Translations under genes and position numbers: made by a program
Shown here: positions 16,119-25,952 of the stretch, piece by piece
How the letters are laid out: every line of letters begins with the position of its first letter
How positions within the stretch are numbered: position 1 is the stretch's first letter
Notes under the pieces: generated by a model
The model's database searches: none
What the model saw: the letters and a program-made list of their open reading frames with translations, nothing else
Told to the model about the DNA's origin: nothing
NCBI GenBank assembly: GCA_963761335.1
Contig: CAVXGR010000018.1
Location: 800,001 to 864,000 of the forward strand
Source: an uncultured delta proteobacterium
GTDB taxonomy: Bacteria > Desulfobacterota > Binatia > HRBIN30 > BPIQ01
DNA: 64,000 nucleotides
Direction: 5' to 3'

Positions 16119-18989
16119 ATGAGAAAGCTGTGGGGGACGGTTCTCCTCGCCGTGCTTGCCGGTCCCGGGATCATGGCGGCGCACGCGGCCACTGTGACGT
16201 TGTTTCCCATGGCGGATACGCACCTCCGCAAAGGCTCGGCAAATACCCCCGAGGGCGGAGACGATTTCCTGCGAGTGCAGCAAACAGGTGACAACCGCGC
16301 TCTGGTTCTCTTCGACCAGACGCAAATCGCCAATGCCGTCGGCAGCGGGACGCTGCTCTCGGCGAATCTCCTGCTTTACGTGGAGTCCAGCACGGGCTGG
16401 TCGAGCAGCGGCCGCACGGTGGACATGCATCGCATCACGGGCTCGTGGACGGAGGACGGCGCCACTTGGAACTGCGCCGACGACACCAATACGCAGAACT
16501 CGCAACCCGACTGTAATCCCGAATGGGATGGCGGCACGTTCGATCCGACGCCGACCGACACGCTCCTGCACACCAACGATCTCTCGGGGTTCGTTCAGTT
16601 CAACGTCACCAGTGACGTGGCCGCCTTCCTCAGTGGGACTCCGAACGAGGGCTGGCTTCTCAAGAAGACGGATGAGACTCTCGGCGGAGGTGTCCGCTAC
16701 ACCTCGCGGGAAGGCGTCGCCAGCCAAGAGCCGCGCCTGGTCCTGGCGTACACCACCTCCGGTGGCGGTGCCCCTGGCACGTGCGACCAGAATGCGCCGG
16801 ACAACCTCTGTGTCCCCGGTGGCGGATCCAAGGCCAAAGACTGCAACTTCGAGTGGCGCGTCTTTGCACCGGCATCGCTGACCAGAAATGGAATCCCCAA
16901 GAAGAAGTTCATCTGCTACGAGGGTGATCCCGAGTGCGATGTCGATCCTGACATCGACAATCACAGCTGCACGTTCGATGTCTCGATGTGCATCAACAAC
17001 GAGGACCCACGGCTGCCGACGTGTACGCCATCGAACCTCGCCGTCGTCGAGCTGAAGAAGCCAAATCCGCGCAGGCCCAAGGACGACGCCGACGCGGCCG
17101 CCATTGCCTTGCTCGAGGGCGAGGCCGGCAGCAGCGGTGGCTTCGGCGTGACCGTCGTGCGCAGGAATCAGCTGGTCTTCAGCGGGTCTCCGAACAACAC
17201 GCCGAATCTCTGCAGCGGATTGCTCGACATTCCGGTTCCCTTGCGCAATCCCGCCATCGGTGTCTATCGCAAGGGACACAAAACGCTGCGCGTCCGCACC
17301 GTGACTTCCTTCAGCGACGTCGACACCGACAGCGTGCGCTTGGAGTGCTGGCCGAGCCTGTGCGGCAACAACGTCATCGATCCCAACGAAGAGTGTGACG
17401 ACGGCAATCGAACACCGGGAGACGGATGCAATCAGGGATGCAGGCTCGAGGCGGTCACTCCCACGCCGAGCACCTCGCCCACGGTCAGCCAGACGGCGAC
17501 GGCTTCCGCTACGGTGGCGCCTTCGAGTACGGTAACCGCTACGGACACGTCGACACCGAGCGGACCCACGTCTACCCCGACCGAGACGCCGATCCCGACG
17601 GCGACGGGAACCATCACCGAGACGCCGATCCCGACGCAGACGGGGACGATCACGGAGACGCCGACGATCACAGAGACGCCGACGATCACGCCGACGGGGG
17701 CGCCGATCACCTGTCCGCAGGACTTCACCGTGCAGCTGGCGTCGGCCAGCGAGGCGCGCATTCAGACGCTGGGTGTGGGTCTGTTCCCGACGACGGGGGG
17801 GTTGGCGCTGCAGGGGAGCCTGAGGGTGGAGGTTTCCTGCCCGGACGTGAACGGCATCGCCACCATCACCATGCCCGCGGCCGATGCCGACCTCCAGCCG
17901 GTCGATCTCGGCGCGCTGGGCACGGCCTGCGTCGAGCTGAGCGCCGACGCCGTTGGGACAGTCGATTGCGACGGTGGGACGACACCGGGGCCGGACTTCA
18001 TCTTCACCAAGGATCACGATACCAACCCGGCGCACACGATTGCCGGCTCGCCGCCCGGCCTGCCGAACGATGCGGGGTGCGACGACGTCTTCACGTTCGG
18101 CGGCCTGCCTCCCTCGTATGCCTGCCTGGAAGGGACGAAGAGATGCCTGGGGGGCACGAACCTCGGCATGGTGTGCACGACGGATGCCGGCTGTCCGGGC
18201 TCGACCTGCGTGGCGTGCTCGAGCGGAACCCGTTCGAACAGCACCTGCGACAGCCCCACGGTGATCACCGAGAGCGGCACGTTCCGGCCGGGAGAGATCG
18301 TTCTGACCACGGTGCAGAAGATCACGGTCCTGCCGCCGTCGGCATACGGAGCCGACGGGATACCCTGCACGGCAGACGACGGCGCTCCGTCGCTGCCGCC
18401 GACCGAGTCCCCGGCGATCTTCAGCACGGGCCTCGTGCAGGCGAAGGTGTGGGACGCGACCACGGCGCAAAACGGGACGTTGAGCAAGAACAACCGCATC
18501 GACACCGGGTCGTTGACCTCGTGCGCGACGAATGCCGACTGCCCGTCCATCTGTCTTGGGGGGAGCAACGCCGGTGGGCAGTGCTTCGTGGCCGGCGACT
18601 GTCCTGGGGGGAGCTGCCCGCGCACCCGGATCTGCATCGGGGGCACCAACAATCTCCATCCGTGCTTATACAACTCGGATTGCCCCGGCAGCGGCGCCTA
18701 TTGCAACGACGTCGGCAATCTCCTGGAGACCTGCTACGAGGGCGATCCACCGCTCGGCGGGGGGGCGCAGACGCTGTGCGGCACGGGACACGCGCAGCCG
18801 TGCTACTGCCGCGCCAAATGCGGCTCGGCGGGCTGCGTCAACGGGACCACGGGCAACCCGGGGAGCTGCGCGGCGGTGTTCAGCGCCTCTCCCAGTCTGT
18901 CGGGGGTGGTCCTCGGCGGCGCCTTCCCGACGCTGGACTTCCAGCTCGGCGGCGACGCCGTCGTCTACTTCAACTTCGCCGTGCAGTGA
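16119..18989 (+). CDS. Secreted modular protein: DNRLRE/CBM96-like domain, DTD-domain, Myxococcus Cys-rich repeat, Pro/Thr linker, Cys-rich module (copy 3)
   Basis: ATG 16119 gives signal MRKLWGTVLL...AHA; pattern ADTHL...NRALVLFD...SWTE..ATWN...FNVT.DV...NEGWLLK...SRE...PRLVL fits DNRLRE domains. Confidence 0.8.
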   Translation: MRKLWGTVLLAVLAGPGIMAAHAATVTLFPMADTHLRKGSANTPEGGDDFLRVQQTGDNRALVLFDQTQIANAVGSGTLLSANLLLYVESSTGWSSSGRTVDMHRITGSWTEDGATWNCADDTNTQNSQPDCNPEWDGGTFDPTPTDTLLHTNDLSGFVQFNVTSDVAAFLSGTPNEGWLLKKTDETLGGGVRYTSREGVASQEPRLVLAYTTSGGGAPGTCDQNAPDNLCVPGGGSKAKDCNFEWRVFAPASLTRNGIPKKKFICYEGDPECDVDPDIDNHSCTFDVSMCINNEDPRLPTCTPSNLAVVELKKPNPRRPKDDADAAAIALLEGEAGSSGGFGVTVVRRNQLVFSGSPNNTPNLCSGLLDIPVPLRNPAIGVYRKGHKTLRVRTVTSFSDVDTDSVRLECWPSLCGNNVIDPNEECDDGNRTPGDGCNQGCRLEAVTPTPSTSPTVSQTATASATVAPSSTVTATDTSTPSGPTSTPTETPIPTATGTITETPIPTQTGTITETPTITETPTITPTGAPITCPQDFTVQLASASEARIQTLGVGLFPTTGGLALQGSLRVEVSCPDVNGIATITMPAADADLQPVDLGALGTACVELSADAVGTVDCDGGTTPGPDFIFTKDHDTNPAHTIAGSPPGLPNDAGCDDVFTFGGLPPSYACLEGTKRCLGGTNLGMVCTTDAGCPGSTCVACSSGTRSNSTCDSPTVITESGTFRPGEIVLTTVQKITVLPPSAYGADGIPCTADDGAPSLPPTESPAIFSTGLVQAKVWDATTAQNGTLSKNNRIDTGSLTSCATNADCPSICLGGSNAGGQCFVAGDCPGGSCPRTRICIGGTNNLHPCLYNSDCPGSGAYCNDVGNLLETCYEGDPPLGGGAQTLCGTGHAQPCYCRAKCGSAGCVNGTTGNPGSCAAVFSASPSLSGVVLGGAFPTLDFQLGGDAVVYFNFAVQ

Positions 18990-18992
18990 TGC
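17615..18992 (+). repeat. Coding repeat copy 3 (module 17712-18989 plus linker)
   Basis: Module differs from copy 2 at 4 aa (ICIGG/ICLGG; PGHVE/TGHAQ) plus a few silent changes. Confidence 0.95.
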
Positions 18993-19133
18993 ATCTCAGA
19001 GAGGTGTCTCGCCGTCCCACCATGGGGCGGCGGGATGCCTTTCTTGCCCGTGGAGGGGGTCCCGCGCCTCGTTGTGCCCTTCTGCCGCGCGTGTTACTCA
19101 CCGTCGAGTAACTCGTTCGCCTGCTTCCCATCT

Positions 19134-21293
19134 ATGTCGCGACGCCGTCAGACCGGTCCCGCTGCGCGGGAGATTGATGTTCCCGCACACCGGCCGGCGG
19201 TACCGAGTGCACGGCGATGGTGGCAGCTGCCGCTCCTGATCGGAGCCATAGTCGCGATCGCTGTCGCTATCTGCTGCCTCAGCGTGGTGAGCGTTTCGAC
19301 CAACGACCTGTGGATTCATCTCAAGACCGGCGAGCTGATCTTGCAGACCGGCTCAGTTCCGCACAAAGACCCGTACTCGTTCACGGCAGCGGGACACGAC
19401 TACATCGCCCACGAATGGCTGGCCGGCGTGCTCTTCTACGGCGCATATGCCGTTCTCGGCGTTCCGGGGCTCATCCTGTTCAAGACCCTGATCATCCTCA
19501 TTGCGGCAGCTCTCCTGGGGCTCGTCTGTTTCACACATCGCGATCATCTGGCCATCGTGCTCGTGGCGTTCGGTGCCATGGCCTACATCGCGGCCGCGCG
19601 TTTTCTTGTCCGTCCGCACATCTTCTCGTATCTGATGCTGTGCGCCTACCTGTTCGTGTTCTTTCGGTATCGAGACGGAGGGCGGAATCGGCTGTGGCTC
19701 GCTGCCGTAGTTCCCCTGCAGGTGCTGTGGGCCAATCTCCACGGAGGATTCATTCAGGGGCTCGCACTTTTGGTCGTGTTCGCCATGGGAGAAGCGGTGG
19801 CATGGGGGCGAGCACGCCTTCTCGGCATCCGACGGGAGGATGCGGTGTCCTCCGGCGATCTGACTCTCCTGGCTGTCCTTCCGCTGGTGGCCACCGCCGT
19901 CTCGCTGATCAACCCATATGGTTTCCGCCTGCTGGAATTTCCTTTCCAGCTGACGGGAATGGAGGTGTTCATGAAGGACATCTTCGAGTGGCTCCCGGCA
20001 TTCAACGACTCCTTCGACGGCTCCTACATGTTCGCCGGCTATTGGATCTGGATCACGGTGCTGTTCGCGTCGTTCCTGTTCGGCAACGAGAAGAACGCCC
20101 CGGTCCCCTGGCGTGCTTGGGTTCAGCCTCTCAACCTCATCTTTCTGGGGGCGACGGCCATCTTCTCGTACTGCTTCATGTGGGCCCAGGGCACCCTGGA
20201 AGGCCACGTCGTCATGTGGACGGCAGTGGCCTTGTTGTTCTGTGCCGTCAACGTCCATCGTCTCGATCCCACCGAGGTGGCGATCGTGGCGATGATGTTT
20301 GCCATGTCCATGAAGCACAACCGCGCGATCACCGAAGCGGTGATCGTCACGACGCCGATTCTGACCCACAACCTGAGCCGTCTCGCTGACGAGCTCGGGC
20401 GCCGCCAGCGGACCGCGATCGTCCGAGTCGGTGGATCGCGGCCGGTAACGGTGGTTGCCCTGTCCTTGCTGCTCCTTGCGGAAGGGGCACACGCCCAGGT
20501 GTTCGGCTACTACTACAGTCGCTTCAGCAGGCGCGAGGGCGGGCTCGGCATTGCCGATACCATGCCCGTCTGCTCTGCCGATTATGTCGTCCGCCGGCAG
20601 CTGTCGGGCAACGCATTCACCTCGTACAACACGGCGGGGCTTCTGATCTTTCGCCGATACCCCGATGTCAAGGTCAGCATGGATTCGCGCAATGAAGTGT
20701 ACGGCGCGGAGCTATACCAAGAGTTCAAGAGCAGCCGGCAGTCTGCCGCGGCGATGAAGGCGTACCTCGACAAGCACCGGGTAGATTTCTTCTTCGTGAA
20801 CGCCGTGGATCTCTCTCCGCAAGCGAGCCAGTATCTGTTGGGCAGCGGCGAGTGGGTACAGGTATATTTCGACCATCAGGTGGTCATCCTGGTCCGCAAC
20901 GAGCCCCGTTTCGCGGAGGTCATTCGCGAGGACGCCTACTCCTCGATCTTCCCGAGCATCAATCGGCAGAACTTCGTGCCGCCGGCGCAGGCGGAGGACT
21001 ATCTCCGGGAGGCCACCCGCGCTGCAAGCCTGTGCGACCGCGCCTGGCTGCCTCGCTGGTATCGAGCGGTGGCACTGGCGCGGTTGGGTCGCTACCGAGA
21101 GGCGACGGAGGCGGTCCAGGATCTCCTGAAGGTGCGCCCGGATGTCTCCTTTGCCTGGACTCTCCTCGGAAACCTGTACGTCACGATGCAGGAGAAAGAG
21201 AAGGCGATCGACGCTTACCAAGAGGCGTTGGCCTGGAACCCCAGCTACGAGCCGGCGCATCAGGGTCTCGAAAAGCTGAGATCGCGCAGGTGA
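19134..21293 (+). CDS. Polytopic membrane protein, GT-C-like glycosyltransferase with C-terminal TPR repeats
   Basis: DLWIHLKTG...DPYSF...HEWL, RPHIFS, LWANLHGGF, NPYG motifs; many TM segments; TPR-like AWTLLGNLY...AIDAYQEAL..NP. Start may be 19035. Confidence 0.65.
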   Translation: MSRRRQTGPAAREIDVPAHRPAVPSARRWWQLPLLIGAIVAIAVAICCLSVVSVSTNDLWIHLKTGELILQTGSVPHKDPYSFTAAGHDYIAHEWLAGVLFYGAYAVLGVPGLILFKTLIILIAAALLGLVCFTHRDHLAIVLVAFGAMAYIAAARFLVRPHIFSYLMLCAYLFVFFRYRDGGRNRLWLAAVVPLQVLWANLHGGFIQGLALLVVFAMGEAVAWGRARLLGIRREDAVSSGDLTLLAVLPLVATAVSLINPYGFRLLEFPFQLTGMEVFMKDIFEWLPAFNDSFDGSYMFAGYWIWITVLFASFLFGNEKNAPVPWRAWVQPLNLIFLGATAIFSYCFMWAQGTLEGHVVMWTAVALLFCAVNVHRLDPTEVAIVAMMFAMSMKHNRAITEAVIVTTPILTHNLSRLADELGRRQRTAIVRVGGSRPVTVVALSLLLLAEGAHAQVFGYYYSRFSRREGGLGIADTMPVCSADYVVRRQLSGNAFTSYNTAGLLIFRRYPDVKVSMDSRNEVYGAELYQEFKSSRQSAAAMKAYLDKHRVDFFFVNAVDLSPQASQYLLGSGEWVQVYFDHQVVILVRNEPRFAEVIREDAYSSIFPSINRQNFVPPAQAEDYLREATRAASLCDRAWLPRWYRAVALARLGRYREATEAVQDLLKVRPDVSFAWTLLGNLYVTMQEKEKAIDAYQEALAWNPSYEPAHQGLEKLRSRR

Positions 21294-21329
21294 GCGGCAG
21301 AGGCGAGATCAGGACCGTACCGGGTACCG

Positions 21330-21937
21330 CAGCGATATTGCGCGCCCTGCTCCGGTCGGCTACGGTGCCTACCGACGGCGTCTCCCCGCTGGCGTCTTGC
21401 CGGAGAGGTCAGTCGTCGTTCGTGGCACATCGTTCGAGTTCGAAGGAGGCTTTGAAATGTGGGTGAGAAGCAGATGGCTCGGCGCGGGTACGGTCCTGCT
21501 GGCGGTCTGTGCTCTGATCGCTGGCTGCTCGGTGAGGCATCGCGAAAGTCCGGCGGAGTCGGCGGCCGCCGCCAAGCCTCCTGTTCCCCCGGCTGGGCGC
21601 CCCGGCGCGCTGGTCCAGCTGGGGGAGAATCAGCTCCTCTTGGACACCGATTCCGACCCGGACGACGGCGACGCGCCGCTGACCGTCCACTTCACCGCGG
21701 GGCCCTTCATCGAAGACGACGTGCAGAACCCGACCTACAAGTGGGACTTCGGTGACGGCACGCAGTCGCAGGAACAAAATCCCACTCATACGTACGCGAA
21801 CCCGGGAGACTACACGGCGGTTGTGACCATGACCGACGGAGACAAAGCCGGCAGCGACGACCTCGAAATCACCGTTCACCCACCCAAGAAAGGAAAGAAG
21901 TCGAAGTAGCTGGCACGGACCGCCTCTGGCGGATGGT
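21330..21937 (+). repeat. Left copy of a diverged direct repeat (PKD-lipoprotein gene with flanks)
   Basis: Shares gctacggtgcct, ttgccgga.aggtc, catcgttcgagt.cga.ggaggctttgaaATG and tagctg.cacgg...ctggcggatgg with 39722-40000. Confidence 0.8.
21457..21909 (+). CDS. PKD-domain lipoprotein
   Basis: GGAGG RBS; lipobox IAGC; GDAPLTVHF...YKWDFGDG..SQEQNPTHTYANPGDYTAVVT. Confidence 0.85.
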   Translation: MWVRSRWLGAGTVLLAVCALIAGCSVRHRESPAESAAAAKPPVPPAGRPGALVQLGENQLLLDTDSDPDDGDAPLTVHFTAGPFIEDDVQNPTYKWDFGDGTQSQEQNPTHTYANPGDYTAVVTMTDGDKAGSDDLEITVHPPKKGKKSK

Positions 21938-22017
21938 GTCGTGCGTCCTCCCCCCGGACCGATCTGGGGAGCACCGAGCTCACCGCGCAGGGGATCGGCT
22001 CACCTGGAGCCCCAGGC

Positions 22018-23742
22018 ATGAGCCGGCCCGCCGAAGCGTCGAACAGCGCCGCTAGCGTCGCCGGAAGGCGCGGGCCTGCAGCGGCCAGTGGAGAGGCTGT
22101 GCGGCCGCGGCCGCCGTTCCGCTTCGAGCGCCGCTGGGCGGTGGTTCTGGCCTGTGTGTTCGCCGTCTCTCTCGGGGTGCGTCTCTACGGGGCGCTGACC
22201 ATCGGAGTCGACCTCGACGGACCCGGGACCTTCCGCATCATCAACTACGACGAGGGCAACTCCTGCGAGGGCGCCCTCGGCTATCTTCCGTACCCTCGCT
22301 TTCTCGGCTTGCAGATCGTGCCCCTGGCGACGCTGCTGGGATACCCGCCACCGGCGCACACGATGCCGCGGCCGGCGGCCGGTACCCGCGAGTACCAGGC
22401 GGAGGCAATGCGGGCGAAGGCCTATTGCGAGAGCCGACCGCTGGTGATGATCCAGCGGATCTACTCGGCGGTCAGCGGTGCGCTCGCGGTGGTTCTGTTG
22501 GGCGCCATTGCCCTCATGATGTTTCCCGAGCGGCCGCAGATCGCCTGGACCGCGTGCGTCCTGCTCGGCCTGTCCAACCTGCACATCGGCGAATCGCACT
22601 CGGCAACCACCGATGCGCCGCAGCTCTTCTTCATTGTCCTGTTCACCGCCACCGTCCTCTACGCCGCCGTCTCCAAGAGGCGATGGCCTCTGATTCTCAG
22701 CCTCTTGCTGCTCGTCTTCGCGGTCTGGGTGAAGTACTACGTCTTCGCCGTGCTCGCCTATGCCTGCGTCCTGCCGAGCCTGCAGCTGCGACGACACTGG
22801 CGGACCTACCTGGCAGGCGCGGCGGCCGCAGCGGTCGTCCTCGTGCTGCTGGTCGGCTGGCATCACATCTTCGAAACCGTGTGGGCGCGCCGCTATCTGC
22901 TGTGGGGCTCGGAGAAGAGTCTCTTCGGCACCGGGTACGGTCACATCGGCACCTGGCGCCGCTGGGTGCGCAACGCCGTCGATCTGGTGAGCGTGCACGT
23001 GGTGGGGATCGGCTTCCCGGCCTTTGCTTTTGCCTGCTACGGCCTGTCACGCGCCGTGCATGATCGCGAGCGGCGCTCCCTGTGGCTGGCCCAGCTGCCG
23101 GCCGCCGCCTACCTGGTGTACATGCTGGTCCTCGGGCCGGTTACCTACTATCGGCACTATCTGCCACTGTTCCTCCCGGTGACCCTTCTCGCCGCCTACG
23201 GCTTCTGGGAGTCGGGCTGGGCGAGAAATCGGGCTCTGCTGGCGATCTTTCTCCTCTATCCGCTCCTGCTCACCGCCGATTCGGAGCTCAACTATCGCAA
23301 CGACCCGCGCCGGCAGCTGCGCCAGTGGTACCAGGAGCACCCGGGAGCGCGCGTCCTGGCTTCCTACTACGTGGTGCCGCCGGCAGGGTCGAGCACGGCG
23401 CTGTTCGACATGGCCGCCTATCTCCGCTACGGCATGCGTTATCTGGGCAGAGCCGACTACCTCATCCTCAGTGAGAACTGGTACGACACGTCCTTTGCGA
23501 ACGAGCTCAACGGGCCGATCGCCTGGAACCCGGAGTGGTTGATCAAGACGACGGCGGCCTATGCGACGGAATACCGCCGCATCCTGTCCAACCAGGATCC
23601 CAATCTGGAGCCGGCGGGGGAGATCGACATTCGTCATTTCACCCCGGAGTTCCTGATTCACCGCTATTTCTACGGCACCTTCCAGCTCTTCATCGGCGAC
23701 ATCAGGATCTTTCGCATCCGCCCTTCTCCCGGCGCAGGGTGA
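22018..23742 (+). CDS. GT-C fold membrane glycosyltransferase (PMT/ArnT-like)
   Basis: First TM followed by an NYDE acidic loop; SHSATTD, multiple TMs, YYRHYLPL; soluble C-terminal domain. Confidence 0.65.
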   Translation: MSRPAEASNSAASVAGRRGPAAASGEAVRPRPPFRFERRWAVVLACVFAVSLGVRLYGALTIGVDLDGPGTFRIINYDEGNSCEGALGYLPYPRFLGLQIVPLATLLGYPPPAHTMPRPAAGTREYQAEAMRAKAYCESRPLVMIQRIYSAVSGALAVVLLGAIALMMFPERPQIAWTACVLLGLSNLHIGESHSATTDAPQLFFIVLFTATVLYAAVSKRRWPLILSLLLLVFAVWVKYYVFAVLAYACVLPSLQLRRHWRTYLAGAAAAAVVLVLLVGWHHIFETVWARRYLLWGSEKSLFGTGYGHIGTWRRWVRNAVDLVSVHVVGIGFPAFAFACYGLSRAVHDRERRSLWLAQLPAAAYLVYMLVLGPVTYYRHYLPLFLPVTLLAAYGFWESGWARNRALLAIFLLYPLLLTADSELNYRNDPRRQLRQWYQEHPGARVLASYYVVPPAGSSTALFDMAAYLRYGMRYLGRADYLILSENWYDTSFANELNGPIAWNPEWLIKTTAAYATEYRRILSNQDPNLEPAGEIDIRHFTPEFLIHRYFYGTFQLFIGDIRIFRIRPSPGAG

Positions 23743-23788
23743 AGACATTCGGGACATCTCGGCCACGATGGGAGGTGGCGGACGGCGG

Positions 23789-24811
23789 TCACGGGTCTTG
23801 CGGCTGCGCCTTGGACGACTTTCGCCGCCTCACGGCGGTGGCCGGGCGCAGCGAGAAATCCCAGAGCTCGAGGAGCGCACCGGCGAGGGCAATCACCACC
23901 TGCATGGCGAACAGGAGAAGGGCATAACCCAGGGCCTCCGGTGCGGCGACGCCGTACAGGTGCATGAAGGCGACGAACCCTGCTTCGCGGAGCCCGAGGC
24001 CGCCGATGGTCAGAGGAAACAGGGTCATCAGGAAGACCGCCGAGCGCATCCAGGCGATGCCGATGAGGGGAATCGAGAGGCTCATGCCGCGTGCCAGATA
24101 GTAGCCCGCGAAGATGAACCCGCAGTAGGCCAGGAGTGCCAGAAGCAGCAGCATTCCCAGAGCCGCCGGGCGCAGCTGGTGGTAGGCGGTGACCGCTTTC
24201 CAGATGCGTGTGGCCATGCGGAAGATCCGCGGCGGCAGGCGCGTCTCGAACCGCAGGAGCAGGCGGTGCAAGATGCCCGAGAAGCGGGACGAGAGAAAGG
24301 GCAGGAGAGCGACGCCCATGCCGCTCGAGAGCAGCAGGGAGATCCACCAGAGCTCCTCGCTCTCGACGGGGAGGCCGTGCCGCTCGAGCCCCAGGAAAAG
24401 GCTGATCGACAGCACCGCGACGCCGATCGAGAGCATCTGCTGGAAGGCGATCAGGGCGCCGGCTTCGTGTCCGCTGCCGCGCTTGCGGTAGCGATACCAG
24501 CGGACGCCCGTGGCCACGCCGCGGGGCATGAAGACCGTGTAGAAACGAACCGCGATGTTGAGCTTGATGAGCTCGAGCAGCGTCATTTCGATTCGCGCGG
24601 TGTGCAGGATGAGGCGCGTGGAGAGGGACGGAAGGATGATTCCGGCAGCGCAGGTTGCCACCAGAGCCAGAAGCGCGTCGCCGGGATCGACTGAGGCCAG
24701 AGCGCTGCCGACCTGCCGGAGATCCACGGATGCGAATACGGCGGCGAGGATGCCCGCAGTGATGGCGAGACGCAGCGCCGCACGGCGCTTGCTCGCGGTC
24801 AAGAAGCTCAC
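23789..24811 (-). CDS. Lysylphosphatidylglycerol-synthase TM-domain (UPF0104) flippase-like protein
   Basis: About 8 TMs; PLTIGGLGLREAGFV signature; GTG start at 24811 chosen over 24994. Confidence 0.75.
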   Translation of the reverse strand: MSFLTASKRRAALRLAITAGILAAVFASVDLRQVGSALASVDPGDALLALVATCAAGIILPSLSTRLILHTARIEMTLLELIKLNIAVRFYTVFMPRGVATGVRWYRYRKRGSGHEAGALIAFQQMLSIGVAVLSISLFLGLERHGLPVESEELWWISLLLSSGMGVALLPFLSSRFSGILHRLLLRFETRLPPRIFRMATRIWKAVTAYHQLRPAALGMLLLLALLAYCGFIFAGYYLARGMSLSIPLIGIAWMRSAVFLMTLFPLTIGGLGLREAGFVAFMHLYGVAAPEALGYALLLFAMQVVIALAGALLELWDFSLRPATAVRRRKSSKAQPQDP

Positions 24812-25008
24812 CGGGCCCCCATCGCCACGGCGGCTGGGCTCGCCACGGCCGCACGGCAAGCGACCGCGGCTACGGGCATGGCCTCGCCTCGGCACGCATG
24901 CCTGCCTGATGCAAGGTCGGCGCCTCGAAAGCAAGGGTCCGAAAGGACCAATCGCGCCCCCGAGCGTGTTTGACAAGCTTCGATTCCAGCGCAACAGACA
25001 GTGTGCCG

Positions 25009-25944
25009 ATGAAGCTTCTCATTCAAATTCCCTGCCACAATGAAGAGCGGACGTTGCCGGTCACCTTGGCCGATCTTCCGAAGCAGATCACCGGGGTCGA
25101 TGCGATCGAGATCTTGGTGATCGATGACGGAAGCACTGACCATACCCTCGATGTGGCTCGCCAGCTGGGGGTCGATCACGTGGTGAGCTTCGCGGCGAGA
25201 CGTGGTCTCGCGAAGGCGTTCATGGCCGGCCTCGACGCCTGCCTGGAGTGCGGTGCCGACATCATCGTCAACACCGACGGCGACAACCAGTACTGCGGCG
25301 CCGACGTCGAGAAGCTGGTGCAGCCGATCCTTGCGGGGCACGCCGACATGGTCGTCGGCTGTCGCCCCATCGAGGACATCGGCCATTTCTCCTGGGTGAA
25401 GAAGCGCCTGCAGCACTGGGGCAGCCGCACCGTGCGCGGGCTCTCAGGACTGGACGTCCCCGACGCCACGAGCGGCTTTCGCGCCTTCAGCCGCGAGGCG
25501 GCGCTGCGCTTGAATATCATCAGCGACTTCACCTACACGATCGAGACGCTGGTCCAGGCGGGCAAGAAGAACATCGCCACGATGTGGGTGCCGGTGCGGG
25601 TGAACGACCCGTTGCGGGAGTCGCGGTTGTTCACCGGTATTCCGCAGTACCTGCGCCGGATGATCCCGGGCATGCTGCGGATCTACGCCACCTACGAGCC
25701 GCTGAAGGTCTTCTCGCTCATCGGCGTCGCCCTGGCGGGGGTTGGGATGGTGCCCATCCTGCGGTTCCTCTACTTCTACGCGATCGGAGACGGACGCGGT
25801 CACGTGCAGTCTCTGGTCGTGGGTGCCGCGACCCTGCTGGTCGGGTTTCAGGTCTTGGTGATTGCGCTGCTGGCTGACCTCATCGCCGCCAACCGACGAC
25901 TGGTGGAGGATGCCCTCTACCGCATGCGGCGGCGGAGCGACTGA
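25009..25944 (+). CDS. GT2 glycosyltransferase (polyprenol-phosphate hexose synthase-like) with two C-terminal TMs
   Basis: IPCHNEE, IDDGSTD, NTDGDNQY, DATSGFRAF. Confidence 0.9.
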   Translation: MKLLIQIPCHNEERTLPVTLADLPKQITGVDAIEILVIDDGSTDHTLDVARQLGVDHVVSFAARRGLAKAFMAGLDACLECGADIIVNTDGDNQYCGADVEKLVQPILAGHADMVVGCRPIEDIGHFSWVKKRLQHWGSRTVRGLSGLDVPDATSGFRAFSREAALRLNIISDFTYTIETLVQAGKKNIATMWVPVRVNDPLRESRLFTGIPQYLRRMIPGMLRIYATYEPLKVFSLIGVALAGVGMVPILRFLYFYAIGDGRGHVQSLVVGAATLLVGFQVLVIALLADLIAANRRLVEDALYRMRRRSD

Positions 25945-25952
25945 CCGGCGGC

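Noticed and set aside
2753..18989. A true cellulosome
   Set aside because: No glycoside hydrolase, lyase, esterase or CBM3 motifs are recognisable in the dockerin-bearing or neighbouring proteins; such cargo could exist elsewhere in the genome.
9267..18989. Diversity-generating retroelement (template/variable repeats)
   Set aside because: Repeats are ~1.3 kb and all coding, differences are not adenine-specific (e.g. gcg/gtg, cag/gag), and there is no reverse transcriptase in the window.
14707..18992. Assembly artefact duplicating the module
   Set aside because: Copies carry distinct substitutions and join in frame to different N-termini; not fully excluded without reads.
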